This document shows, piece after piece, positions 30,436 to 40,915 of a DNA stretch of 64,000 nucleotides. The position numbers were made by a program, and so were the translations under genes. Numbering within the stretch: position 1 is the first letter of the stretch; each line of letters begins with the position of its first letter. The stretch is from the NCBI GenBank assembly GCA_965237955.1, contig OZ250169.1, forward strand, positions 7,392,001 to 7,456,000. Direction: 5' to 3'. The notes under the pieces are model-generated. The model worked only from the letters and a program-made list of their open reading frames with translations. It searched no databases and had not been told where the DNA came from. Source of the stretch: Candidatus Marinacidobacterales bacterium. Lineage in GTDB: Bacteria; Acidobacteriota; Vicinamibacteria; Marinacidobacterales; SMYC01.

Positions 30436-32401
30436 GAGCTTTGCCGCTCGCAGTCGTCGAGAAAGCTTACGCTGTTCGCGGGCGGTCCACTCGGCATCGA
30501 CCAGGAGTCCCACACGTTCCTCGAAGCTCAGCTCCTTGTATTCGCTCGAGCTCAACTGGGTTTCGAACGCGGACACCAAGCCGAACAACTTCATGGCGTT
30601 CATCTTTTCTATCGTTTCGGGTGTCAGCATCGGGACTCTCCTCCTTCGTAGTGATCCGCGCCTCGGATGTTCTCGTGCTCCTCTCGCGGTTTCGCTTCGG
30701 CGTCCGATTCGAGCACCACACGATCCAGACCAGCCGAGAGAATGTTTTTCACCGTGCGATAGCTGTAAGAGCTCAAAGCTTCCGCTCGTGCGCAAGCGGC
30801 CTCGAGACGCTCACTGCCCCAGCGGCTGCCTAGTCGCATGACTCCCAGGCAAGAGCGAAATCCCTGCTCCGGGTGAGGCCGACTCTCTAGAATCCCCGCA
30901 ACCAGCCTTCCCGTGGCGCGACCTGACTGCTCCGCCCAGTGGAGCAGCCGCGACGGCGTCCACTCCAGGTGCTCCCGATGCGAACGTGGCATATGCTCCG
31001 GGTTCGTGGAGTAGTGCCCCTTTCCTTTCTTGCGGGGATGCGACGCGACGCGCTTTCCCTTGAACAGGACCTCCACCACCGAGGCCGTCACCCGTGCCTC
31101 GACTTTCTCGTGAATGAGCTGATAGGGAACGCTGTACAAGTTGTTCTCCACCTCCACGTGGTAGTCGATGTTCACTCTGCACCGCTTCCACGTCGATAAC
31201 TCGTAGCTCTCCTGCGGTAGCGGTTTCAGTACGGGCCGGTCTAGCCTTTCGTACAACTCCCGCCGACTCACACCGAGCTTCTGCATCGGACGCGCATTCA
31301 GGACCTCTAACTTCTCCCAGATGGCTTCGTTCAGTTCCGCCAGGCTGAAGAACGTGCGATGACGAAGCACCGCCAGGATCCAGCGCTGCGCCACCTGCAC
31401 TGCCGACTCCACCTTCGCTTTGTCTTTCGGCTTGAACACCCGAGCCGGGACCACAACCGCACCGTAATGCGTCGCCAGCTCTTCGTACGTCCGGTTGATC
31501 CCTGGCTCGTAACGGTCCACCAAATCCACGCCGCTCTTCAAGTTGTCCGGAACCCAGATCTCCGTACTGCCACCGAAGTAATCCGACATCCCCTTATGGG
31601 CCTTCAGCCCACGATTCCAGCGACTGGTTCAGTATCGCTTCGACGTAGGTGTAACTGCTCGCGCCCAACGTCCCGACGAACAGCTCCATTTCGACGAGCT
31701 CTCCCGTTTTCGGATCGACGATGTGAGGCTTCTTCCCCGAAAAATAGACGAATGTCTTCTCGCCTGCTCGATGCCGTTGACGCATCGTCGGGTTCAGCTT
31801 CTTCTTCCACTGACCGTACAGCTCGCAATAACGGCTGTAGCCGTACGCTCCCGGCTTATTCTCCGCGTACTCCACCCACAGCTGCAGCAACGTCAGCTCT
31901 CGGTGACGCCTCAGCTCCTCGTGGATGTGGGCATAGTCCAGACCCGGCCGTGCGCCAGACGAGCCCGGCGGCGGAAACAGCCCTGCCTCCAGCTCCCCGT
32001 CGCTCAGCTCCTCCGGGAGCGGCCAGCTCAGACCACCCTTCTTCGCCTTGGCCAGGTACTCACTCACCGTTCCAACCGCCACGCGAAGTGCCTTTGCGAT
32101 CATGCGGTGAGTAAAACCCAGCTCGTACTTTAACCTTAGAACCTCTCGTATTTTTCTCATCGATAACCTCTTAGCTGCCATTTCCTAGATCGTCCTCCTT
32201 CCGGGTACGACCTAGAGTTGCCTTGAAACGTGCTATCGATGAGCGTTCGCGATGCCGGAACCGGCGTTCACGTTGCCTGGAATCCGTGTTCACCTTCCCC
32301 GGAATCGATGTTCACGATCCCCGGAATCCGTGTTCACGATGCTTTGGAATGGATGTTCACCTTCGGCTGGAATCTGCGTTCACGATGCCCCGGAATACGC
32401 A
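30436..32401 (-). mobile_element. IS21 element A, copy 2, truncated within istB
   Basis: Near-identical reverse complement of 7148 to ~9113, including the same istA split (31594-32181 and 30624-31589). Confidence 0.92.
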
Positions 32402-32616
32402 GGAAGAGTCCTTCCATGGTTCGCCGATGGACCGCTCTTGGCGTCGTCACCGCGCAGAAAGAGTTCCGGCGTATCAAAGGCTATCGCCATATGGGCGCTC
32501 TCGTTCACGCGCTTAGAAGCAAACAGAAATCTCTTGCCAGCGATGAGTTTGCTGCCTAAGAGTATTCACAGGTGCCGCCGCTACCCGACCAAATTCAACA
32601 GCGGCCGGGACATCCC
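32402..32616 (+). mobile_element. IS256-family 3' remnant
   Basis: MVRRWTALGVVTAQKEFRRIKGYRHMGAL...AA* followed by terminus AAATTCAACAGCGGCCGGGACATCCC. Confidence 0.75.
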
Positions 32617-32698
32617 CCCTTGGCCCGGTCGCAAACACAGACACTAAGCTGCTGATTTATGGTCTATTTCAAAAAGGCCGAGTTTTGACACAGGACGG
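32617..32698 (+). repeat. 82-bp dispersed repeat, copy 2
   Basis: Matches 980-1061 with two substitutions. Confidence 0.8.
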
Positions 32699-32932
32699 CG
32701 TTGACGAAAGCGGGCACAATATTCGAGAGCAGACGCAAGAGCGAACCTTTCCACGTTTACAATGACGTCAGATCACCTCATCCGTTCGCCGCGAAACGGC
32801 CAATCCTGGCAGGTCTAAACTGCAGAATCAACGACGGACCGAGTTTTTGCGGAGCACAGGATTGTTCGCTACCGGGAATCCGTAGCCGCTTCCTCGGCCG
32901 AAACGAATCGCTAGAATTGTGGCACCCGCTTC

Positions 32933-33604
32933 CTACACGAGCGAGTCCAAGTTCACGTAGGAAACCTGGAGGTGGGGGAACTCCTTCTTGATCTCAGTTA
33001 TCAGCTGGGTCGTTTCTTTGGAGCTGCCCGGGACGATCCTGGCTCGAATCTGCACTTGGTCATCCTCGATATCAAATCTCTGAATCGTCATCCCTCCCGT
33101 TAATCGCTCGAGAGCTTCGACGACACTAGCCTCGTCGGCGGTTTCGAGAAAGAGCTGGGCATCGCCGATGACGGTCAAGAGAAGGTTCTGCCGCGACGCG
33201 CCCCAACCGAGAACGCTCCGGCCGACGATGAAGATCGTGACGATGACCACGGCGACCACGGCGAGCAATCGGTGCTCGGCGCCGAGCGCGAGCCCGACCC
33301 CGATGCACAAAAAGAGATAAACCAGCTCCTCCGATGTCTTGATCGCCGCGCGGAAGCGGACGATCGAGAGCGCCCCGACCAATCCCAGGGAAAGTGCCAG
33401 CGAGGCCTTCACGACGAAGATGATGACGACCGTCACCATGGTGAGCATCGGGAACACACCGGAGAAATTGTCACGGTTGGAGATGGAGGTGCCGAAGCGC
33501 TTATAGAGCTCTCGGATGTAGAGCGCGAGAACTCCGCCGATGAGCATATTTGCGGCGCAGTTGAGCACCAAGGTAGACTCGGGTCCTAGATTCTGTGGCC
33601 ACAT
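32933..33604 (-). CDS. DUF4956-family membrane protein
   Basis: SLALSLGLVGALSIVRFRAAIKTSEELVYLFLCIGVGLALG; several TM helices plus a small soluble C-terminal domain. Confidence 0.85.
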   Translation of the reverse strand: MWPQNLGPESTLVLNCAANMLIGGVLALYIRELYKRFGTSISNRDNFSGVFPMLTMVTVVIIFVVKASLALSLGLVGALSIVRFRAAIKTSEELVYLFLCIGVGLALGAEHRLLAVVAVVIVTIFIVGRSVLGWGASRQNLLLTVIGDAQLFLETADEASVVEALERLTGGMTIQRFDIEDDQVQIRARIVPGSSKETTQLITEIKKEFPHLQVSYVNLDSLV

Positions 33605-33695
33605 TGCCCGGCGATTCTATCTCACCTTGGCTTCCCCAAGGAAGTCGTGCTGGACCGAAGCCACATAACCTGCGAAACTCCCGAGGTTGATCGAT

Positions 33696-35651
33696 ATGCA
33701 AAAGATGCTTCCCGCCACGATGGCCTTCGTTCTCGTCGTCCTGTCGTCACTTGTTGGCGCCACCACGCAGGGCGTCGTGGCCGATACGCGCTTCAATCGC
33801 GAGCGCGGTTTCTATGACTCGGGTTTTGCCGTCGTCATCCAGTCCCGCACCGCTGGCGCACATATTCGATACACCACCGATGGAAGCTCACCGAGCCCGA
33901 CGCATGGTCTCGGCGACGAGAACCCCGTGGTCGTGAGGATCGAGAGCACGACGACGCTGCGCGCGATGGCGTACAAGGCAGGGCTCACGCCGAGTAATGT
34001 CGACACCCACACCTACATTTTTCCGAAGCACGTCGTCAGACAGCCCCGCTACCCGAGCGGATTTCCGACCTCGATAGGTGGGACCGGCATGGGCGATTTG
34101 ACTGAATTTGACTACGAGATGGACCCCGCAATCGTGGATCATGCAGATTATCGTCGCGAGATCCTCTCCGCTATGAAGGCGATTCCGTCGCTTTCCATCG
34201 TGATGGACAAGCAAGATCTATTCGGCCAAGTGTTTGCCGATGACGGTGAGCTGAAGCGCTCGGAAAGCGGCGTCTATTTCCGGAGCCAGGAGAAGCCCGG
34301 TAGAGGCCCCGCATCGGTAGAGCTCATCTATCCACACGCACCCGATCGTGGATTCCAGGTGGATTGCGCCATCGAATCGCATGCAGGCTACGGCGTCAAA
34401 CGAGCGCTCAAACTGGTTTTCAAGAACGAGTATGGGGTCGGCAAGCTCCGCACGAAGCTCATGCAGGACGCTCCTCTCAACGGAGAATCGGCCAAGACCA
34501 AGTTCGACCGGCTCGTATTGCGTTCGGGCCACACGCGCTCCTTCGCGGGCTACGACGCCGGTAAGACGACCTACGCGAGGGATCAGTGGTTACGCGATAC
34601 AGAGATCGCGATGACCGGGCTCGGCGCGCACGGATCCTTCGTCCACCTGTATCTGAATGGCTTCTACTGGGGTCTCTACAACGCGGCCGAGCGTCCGGAC
34701 GGATGGTTCACCTCGGCGCATTTGGGCGGTGAAAAGTCAGACTGGATGGCTGTGAATCACAACGGCGTGCTGCACGGTGACGATAGGCGATGGCAGTACC
34801 TTCGCGGGCCGTTGAAAGACAAAGATATGCAGGTCCTCCAGAATTATCGAGAGCTTCAGCAATATCTGGACGTCGAGCATTTCGCCGACTACATCATTCT
34901 CGCGTGGTACTCGAGACTCTACGACTGGGGACCCGATCGAAACTGGTATGGGGGTAATAGAAACAACCCGCCGGGCCCTTTCCGCTTCTTCATGTGGGAT
35001 GCGGAATACACGTTGTTCTCGGGGGCCACGCCTATGGCATGGGTGCACGAACTCTTCACTCGGTCAGCGGCGACGCGATCGGGGGATATGGTCGGGCTCT
35101 GGAACGCGCTCGTACAGAGTCCCGAGTTCATGATGCTGTTCGCCGATCAAGTCTATCAACACTGTTTCCGGGGCGCGCTCACCGAAGAGCGCTCGATTGC
35201 CCGTTGGAGGCGACTGGTGGCTTTCATCGAGTCGGCGGTGGTCGCGGAGTCCGCCCGCTGGGGTGATGCACGCAAAGCGCTCGGCGAGCCGACAAGGACG
35301 CGGAACGACACTTTCTTGCCACAGGTAAGAAGAGTCGAAGAAGTGATGACGGGAAACGTCTCGCACTTCATCGAAGTCTTGAGACAAGAGGACTATTATC
35401 CTCGGATCGACCCGCCCGAGCCCACGAGGATTTCCGCATCCTCGGTCACGCTGCTCCAAACCCAAGGCGCCGAGATTTATGTGACTCGTGATGGTAGCGA
35501 TCCTCGCGCGGTCGGCGGGGTTGTCTCGAAGCGGGCAGAACACGTGCGAAGCGGTGACAGCATCGCGCTCGAAGGCGGGAGGAAGCTCAAGGCGCGCGCC
35601 CGGGACGGAATAGAATGGAGCGCATTGCGCATTGTTTCGGAGACCTCGTGA
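33696..35651 (+). CDS. Secreted CotH-family kinase with chitobiase/Fn3-like accessory domains
   Basis: Signal peptide; IRYTTDGSSPS; FDRLVLRSG, FVHLYLNGFYWGLYNAAERPD, DWGPDRNWY, FRFFMWDAE; IYVTRDGSDPR. Confidence 0.85.
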   Translation: MQKMLPATMAFVLVVLSSLVGATTQGVVADTRFNRERGFYDSGFAVVIQSRTAGAHIRYTTDGSSPSPTHGLGDENPVVVRIESTTTLRAMAYKAGLTPSNVDTHTYIFPKHVVRQPRYPSGFPTSIGGTGMGDLTEFDYEMDPAIVDHADYRREILSAMKAIPSLSIVMDKQDLFGQVFADDGELKRSESGVYFRSQEKPGRGPASVELIYPHAPDRGFQVDCAIESHAGYGVKRALKLVFKNEYGVGKLRTKLMQDAPLNGESAKTKFDRLVLRSGHTRSFAGYDAGKTTYARDQWLRDTEIAMTGLGAHGSFVHLYLNGFYWGLYNAAERPDGWFTSAHLGGEKSDWMAVNHNGVLHGDDRRWQYLRGPLKDKDMQVLQNYRELQQYLDVEHFADYIILAWYSRLYDWGPDRNWYGGNRNNPPGPFRFFMWDAEYTLFSGATPMAWVHELFTRSAATRSGDMVGLWNALVQSPEFMMLFADQVYQHCFRGALTEERSIARWRRLVAFIESAVVAESARWGDARKALGEPTRTRNDTFLPQVRRVEEVMTGNVSHFIEVLRQEDYYPRIDPPEPTRISASSVTLLQTQGAEIYVTRDGSDPRAVGGVVSKRAEHVRSGDSIALEGGRKLKARARDGIEWSALRIVSETS

Positions 35652-36844
35652 ACCGGGCATTCATCCTCATCGTCCTGGCGCTTTCCGGATGTGACCGACC
35701 TCGGACATCGCTCGTCGAGCGCGGCGTTCCGGCGGAACGCGTGCAGCTCAAGCTCTCGGGTGCTGCACGTGATGCCTTGGTCTTTCCTTTTCCCGCCGAG
35801 CGCCGTTTCGAGATGGATCTCCCAAGTGCGGCTTTTCTCCGTGTTTCACCGGCGCTCGTCACCGAGCAGAACGTCCGCCGCGCTCGCGTTTCCTTTCGGG
35901 TCATCGTCGAAACGGAAGACGACTCGGTCGAGGTCTTCGACGAGATCTTTCGATTCGGCGACGCCAACCGCTGGCACTCGCGCGTTGTGGACTTGAGCGC
36001 GTGGTCGGAAGAGCGCGTCACGCTCGTGCTCGTCACGCGTACACCCGAGGATCGTAGTGCCGATATTCTGTGGGCCGACCGGATCCGGGCGGTCTGGGGC
36101 GAACTCGCGCTTGTCTCGAACCCGGAACGTATGCTCGCGAAAGCGGCGGACGACCTCACACGCGATGCGGAATCCTGGCTTCTGGAACAAGGTGGAGTCA
36201 CGCCCGTCGACTACAACCAAGGAGTGAGTCTCGCCACGAATCTTATCCTGGCTGGCCTGTTTGCGCTCGTCATTCGCGGGCTCTATATCCGCTTCGCCTC
36301 CGTCCCATCGAATCGCCACGCCTTCGCTAACCTGTTTCCCGTGTTTACCCTCACGACCGTTCTTGTCATCGTCGTCGTAGAGTCGTCACTCGCTCTGTCG
36401 CTCGGGCTCATCGGTGCACTTTCGATCATTCGCTTTCGCACCGCCGTCAAAACGCCGGACGAGATCGCCTATCTGCTGTTTTGCATCGCCGTGGGTGTCG
36501 CCCTCGGGGCGCGCCAAGGCCCTCTGGCCGTCGCGGTCGTCGTGCTCGTCTCCCTCTTCGTGGTTGTGCGCCAACGGTTGTGGCCGCAGATGCCAGACAG
36601 GACGCTCCTTCTCATCGTTTCCGGCGACGCCGACCGTTTCTTTGAGGAGCATGCTCTAGAGCAGCTACGGCACGTCGTCCAAGAGTTCCGGGTGCGAAGA
36701 CTCGAGCAGGAAGGCCTCCGCATAGAGCTTTCGGCCGTGGTCACGGTCACGGGTCCGCGGGGCGTGGCCCAACTCGTGGCCGACATTCGGAAAAAGCTTC
36801 CCGCGTTCCAGTTCTCGTTTGTCGAGGCCGATGAGATCCCCTGA
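35648..36844 (+). CDS. Lipoprotein-leader extracytoplasmic domain fused to a DUF4956 membrane domain
   Basis: GTGA overlap with the CotH stop; lipobox LSGC; SLALSLGLIGALSIIRFRTAVKTPDEIAYLLF. Confidence 0.85.
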   Translation: MNRAFILIVLALSGCDRPRTSLVERGVPAERVQLKLSGAARDALVFPFPAERRFEMDLPSAAFLRVSPALVTEQNVRRARVSFRVIVETEDDSVEVFDEIFRFGDANRWHSRVVDLSAWSEERVTLVLVTRTPEDRSADILWADRIRAVWGELALVSNPERMLAKAADDLTRDAESWLLEQGGVTPVDYNQGVSLATNLILAGLFALVIRGLYIRFASVPSNRHAFANLFPVFTLTTVLVIVVVESSLALSLGLIGALSIIRFRTAVKTPDEIAYLLFCIAVGVALGARQGPLAVAVVVLVSLFVVVRQRLWPQMPDRTLLLIVSGDADRFFEEHALEQLRHVVQEFRVRRLEQEGLRIELSAVVTVTGPRGVAQLVADIRKKLPAFQFSFVEADEIP

Positions 36845-37559
36845 AGCGCCGTCGTTTGCTCTAGAGTCCGCGAGCGTCGCCGCACCTGGGCGCCGCGAGG
36901 TCAAGTTCTCACTTCCAAATGTGGACGCCGGGAAATTTAGCTCCATACTGGACGTCAATTGCCGCCGCGTGAGCTATGCGGGCGCGACGTCGCGTGTGTG
37001 CAGCATCTATTTCGACGACGCGGCCTTGAGCGCTTTCCGAGCCAACCTCGACGGCACGTCGCGGCGCACGAAGACCCGCATCCGTTGGTACGACACCCCG
37101 TTTCCGGAAAAGAGGTTATTTTTCGAAGTCAAACGTCGCGAGGATCACGCGATCTTCAAAGAGAGAGCACCGATAGTGGCTAGCGCCTCGCTCGCTTCGA
37201 TGTCCTTTCACGAGATCGTCGTGGGACTCGCGCGCGTTCTTCCGGCGCGCCTACGGGAGCACCTGATGGCCCGCTCGGAGCCCAAGCTCCTGATCGAGTA
37301 CGAGCGCACTTACTACGAAGCTTTGAATGGCCCTATCCGCATCACGCTTGATCGTGGCCTCACCTTCTGGGGACAGGGCGGGCTGTATCCGAACCGCGGC
37401 TTTCCAGCGCGTGTCCCCGGCTTGACGATCCTCGAAGGGAAAGCCCCGTTTGGTCACCAAGAACGCATCCGGGAGATCCTCCACCCCCTCGAACCCTGGG
37501 TAACTCGTTCGTCGAAATACGTCCTGGCGTGCCAACACCTCGGGCTGTCGCCGCCGTGA
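36831..37559 (+). CDS. VTC (polyphosphate polymerase / CYTH-like tunnel) domain protein
   Basis: RREVKF (ExK), SIYFDD, RRTKTRIRWY, FFEVKRR, IEYERTYY, IRITLDRGL, TILEGK, SKY; overlaps the upstream gene. Confidence 0.85.
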   Translation: MRSPEAPSFALESASVAAPGRREVKFSLPNVDAGKFSSILDVNCRRVSYAGATSRVCSIYFDDAALSAFRANLDGTSRRTKTRIRWYDTPFPEKRLFFEVKRREDHAIFKERAPIVASASLASMSFHEIVVGLARVLPARLREHLMARSEPKLLIEYERTYYEALNGPIRITLDRGLTFWGQGGLYPNRGFPARVPGLTILEGKAPFGHQERIREILHPLEPWVTRSSKYVLACQHLGLSPP

Positions 37560-37716
37560 GTGCATTATGTACACGCACGCGCAGCGCAGCGCCACGCCAA
37601 CTCGGAAAGCGATATCGTCATCTAAGATGACATCCTCGATTCTTGCGTCCGGAACTCAGAAACACAACACGACTCTGCCGCCTCGGGCCGGGCGCAAACC
37701 AAAAAGCTCCCCCAAT

Positions 37717-38058
37717 TGCTCAAAACTAGACAGTTATTTTGTCGGCGGCCCTAAGAAGCCTCGGTGTGAACGTCAGCAGCAAAACCGTCGGTCGACTGCT
37801 CAAACAGCTCGGCTTCTCGTTGCGGGTGAACCACAAGAAGCTGTGCGGTGCCACGTCCGAAGATCGCGATACCCAATTCGCGTGTATCGCCGAACTGCGC
37901 GAGCGTTTTGCCGCAGCTGGTCATCCCATCATCAGCGTAGACACGAAGAAACGGGAGCTGGTGGGATTATTCAAAAACGGCGGGCAGGCCTGGAACCGCG
38001 AGCCGACTCTCGTCAAAGACCATGACTTCCGTTCCGAATCGAACGGCATCGCAATCCC
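37717..38058. mobile_element. ISAzo13 debris: 35-bp end joined to an inverted internal transposase fragment
   Basis: 37717-37751 matches the element end; from 37752 the sequence is the internal LRSLGVNVSSK...GIAIP segment, starting at its own CTAAG. Confidence 0.8.
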
Positions 38059-38110
38059 GTCCTGTGCCAAAACTCGGCCCTTTTGAAATAGACCATAAAT
38101 CAGCCACTTA

Positions 38111-40036
38111 GGGCCGGCGACAAAATAAGTTCCCGTTTTCAAGACGGTCGGATGGTGTAGTTCCATTTGGGTAGAGTCTGGTCCTTTGTAACGGAAAGCG
38201 CCTGCATCCGCTCGTCAGTGATTTTGACGCCCTTCGGATAACGACGCCGGATAAGGTGTGCGCGTACTCGCAAACCGGAAGAGGTGGTGGTCGTGCGGAT
38301 GTATTTGAGGATGGTTTCGTAGCTGTCGAGAGGCCTGCCCGCCCAGTTCTTGCTGATCTCGCTGAACAGACGGTGCTCCACTGGATTCCACTTGGATGTA
38401 CCGGACGGATAGTGGGCTATGGTGATAGCGATGTCGTGGCGATTGCAAATCCGCGTTTGAAGCCCGTGCTTCCAACCCCGACACCGATAGCCATTGCTGC
38501 CCCCGGCGTCTGCCAATATCGCGAGGTCACGGGCTGCAGGATAGCGTCGCCGTCCTTCCGTTCGCCACCACTTCTCGATGGCATTCACGGCGAAGTCCGG
38601 GGTGTTGTACGAGGTACCAATGAACACTGTCCCGCGGTTCGCGAGCAGATCGTAGACGCCGTAGGGGATTGCGATGCCGTTCGATTCGGAACGGAAGTCA
38701 TGGTCTTTGACGAGAGTCGGCTCACGGTTCCAGGCCTGCCCGCCGTTTTTGAATAATCCCACCAGCTCCCGTTTCTTCGTGTCTACGCTGATGATGGGAT
38801 GACCAGCTGCGGCAAAACGCTCGCGCAGTTCGGCGATACACGCGAATTGGGTATCGCGATCTTCGGACGTGGCACCGCACAGCTTCTTGTGGTTCACCCG
38901 CAACGAGAAGCCGAGCTGTTTGAGCAGTCGACCGACGGTTTTGCTGCTGACGTTCACACCGAGGCTTCTTAGCTCGCAAGCAATCTTGTCGGTGGTCCGC
39001 CGCGTCCATTTCACTCCCGTCATCGGATCGCCCGCGGTGTCGTGCTTCATGAGTTCTTCGATCTTGGCGATGACTTCTGGCGTTTTTTTTGCACGGCGCG
39101 CCGTCCGCCACCCTTTCGCCGAACTCCGTCGAGCTCAACATCTCTCATTAGCAATTCCCTACGACCTCTGGCTACCGTGCTCGGATCCATCCCGAGCAGT
39201 TCGGCAATCTGTTGGTCGCCACCGTGACCGAGCTTCATGGCCTCGACTCCCGCGTAGAGACGGCGCTGCTTTTCATCGAGCAGGCTGTAGAAAAGAACGA
39301 TCGCAGCCTTCAACTCCACGGGGAGCACGCGGACTCCCCCGACCCAGCCCAACGTGGAAGGTGACGCCTCATGTACCTGGCGGGCCGAGAGCTGTTGCTT
39401 GCGCGTGCTCACATCGGTGGCCAGATACAGATATCGGCCGAACACCTGCTCGCGCGCCAATCTTTTCTCTCGGACCAGTTTCAACAGAGGAGCCTTGACG
39501 TCAACCTGCACCACGTCCTCGAGCTCGTCGACGTAGTAGCCTGCCTCACAGGCCGCGACCAACGCTTTTACCGTCGCAAGCAACGTCCCGTACTTCGAGA
39601 ACCACACTGAGCGCAACGACCAAAGACCTTTTCGATCGAACTGGGCGATCTCGTCCAACGTGTAGTAGCTACCACGGTGGGAGTAGCTTGTCCGATACGC
39701 CAACTCATTGAGCTTTCGGAAGACGGTCGAGTCCACATCGGTACCCAACACTGCCTTCAAATCATCGAGGGTAGCTATTTTGTGCTTCCTCAACAGGCGG
39801 TCGAGATCTTCAGACTGATAGCTCGTAGGTCTCATAATAGGAGAAGTGCTCCTTGATAGGCGTAATCCTCCCTGAAATGAGGACCGTTTGTCAAACACGC
39901 GCTGGTTGCTGAAGATCTACAAATGTTCCGTTTCTAGGGAGCTTGCCAGGCTCTCGTGATGCCAGACGACATCGCGATCACGACCTGAAACAGGAAGAGT
40001 GTGCTCAAAACTAGACAGTTATTTTGTCGGCGGCCC
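38111..40036 (-). mobile_element. ISAzo13-family element, copy 2 (apparently intact)
   Basis: Same termini as copy 1, flanked by TTA (CTTAG site). Confidence 0.92.
38139..39835 (-). CDS. ISAzo13 transposase: orfA 39047-39835 and orfB 38139-39050, joinable by -1 slippage at an A8 run
   Basis: LDEKQRRLYAGVEAMKLGHGG...VRRKGGGR, then CAAAAAAAAC; the -1 frame reads TPEVIAKIEELMKHDTAGDP. Confidence 0.85.
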
Positions 40037-40089
40037 TTAGGAGGAGCGCGAGAGCCGAGGGGGCGCGTCGCCTCCACATACGGCCTGCG

Positions 40090-40906
40090 GAGCCCTTCTC
40101 GATGCCGAGGACCTCGGTCTCGAGATGGACTTCGACGCCGAGCTGACGCGTGCGCTCGACGAGCCGATCCACGGGATCGGCGTCGAAGCCTTTGAGGGCC
40201 GGGAATGGTGCACGAGGGGTGACGTTCGAGCCGGCTCTCGCTGCGAGATGTGCGAACTCGAAGGAGATGTAGCCCCCGCCAACGAACAGCAGGCGGCGCG
40301 GAAGCTCCTCAAGCTCGAGAAATGCGGTGCTCGTCGTCAGGTGCTCGCTTCCCGGGATCCCGAGCTCCATGGTTTGGCGCCGACTCCGATATGCACGTGG
40401 CACGCGTCCAGTGTCTCGCCGTTCACCTCCATGGTGCTGAGCCGACCGAAATGCGCGCGGCCGTGAAACACCTCGATTCCGGCTCGGGTGAAGCTCTTCT
40501 CTCGGCTGGCGGGAACGGGCTCGCCCTTCTCGACGGGCTTGCTCTCACCCGTCACCATGGCCTCGTTGACCTTGGTGCGGCCTTCGACGATGAGGCCGTC
40601 GGTCGGAAAGTTGGCTCGCATCGGGTAGATCTTGACGTCGATGCCATGGCCCTCCAGGTAGAAGCCGTGGACGACGTCGGGCGAGGCGAAGCGCAACCGC
40701 ACGGTGTCACCCTTGTTCACGCGGATCACGGCCGGCTCGTACGCGTATTTGGTGGTTACCACGGTGAACTCTCGCTCCTGCGGCTTCGACACGCCCGGGG
40801 CGACCACGAAGCCGAGGGTTCCCGTTGCAGCCATCGCCAAGCAAAAGACCAGGGGCCCGTAGACGATATGGCCTCGCGTCCCTGCCGTTGCGTTTGTGAG
40901 GTTCAT
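40090..40906 (-). pseudogene. Chimeric remnant: CoxB-like cupredoxin 5' part, P1B-ATPase actuator fragment, pyridine nucleotide-disulfide oxidoreductase fragment
   Basis: PAVIRVNKGDTVRLRFASPDVVHGF | DGLIVEGRTKVNEAMVTGESKPVEK | GIEVFHGRAHF...LPRRLLFVGGGYISFEFA. Confidence 0.75.
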
Positions 40907-40915
40907 AGGGGAGTC

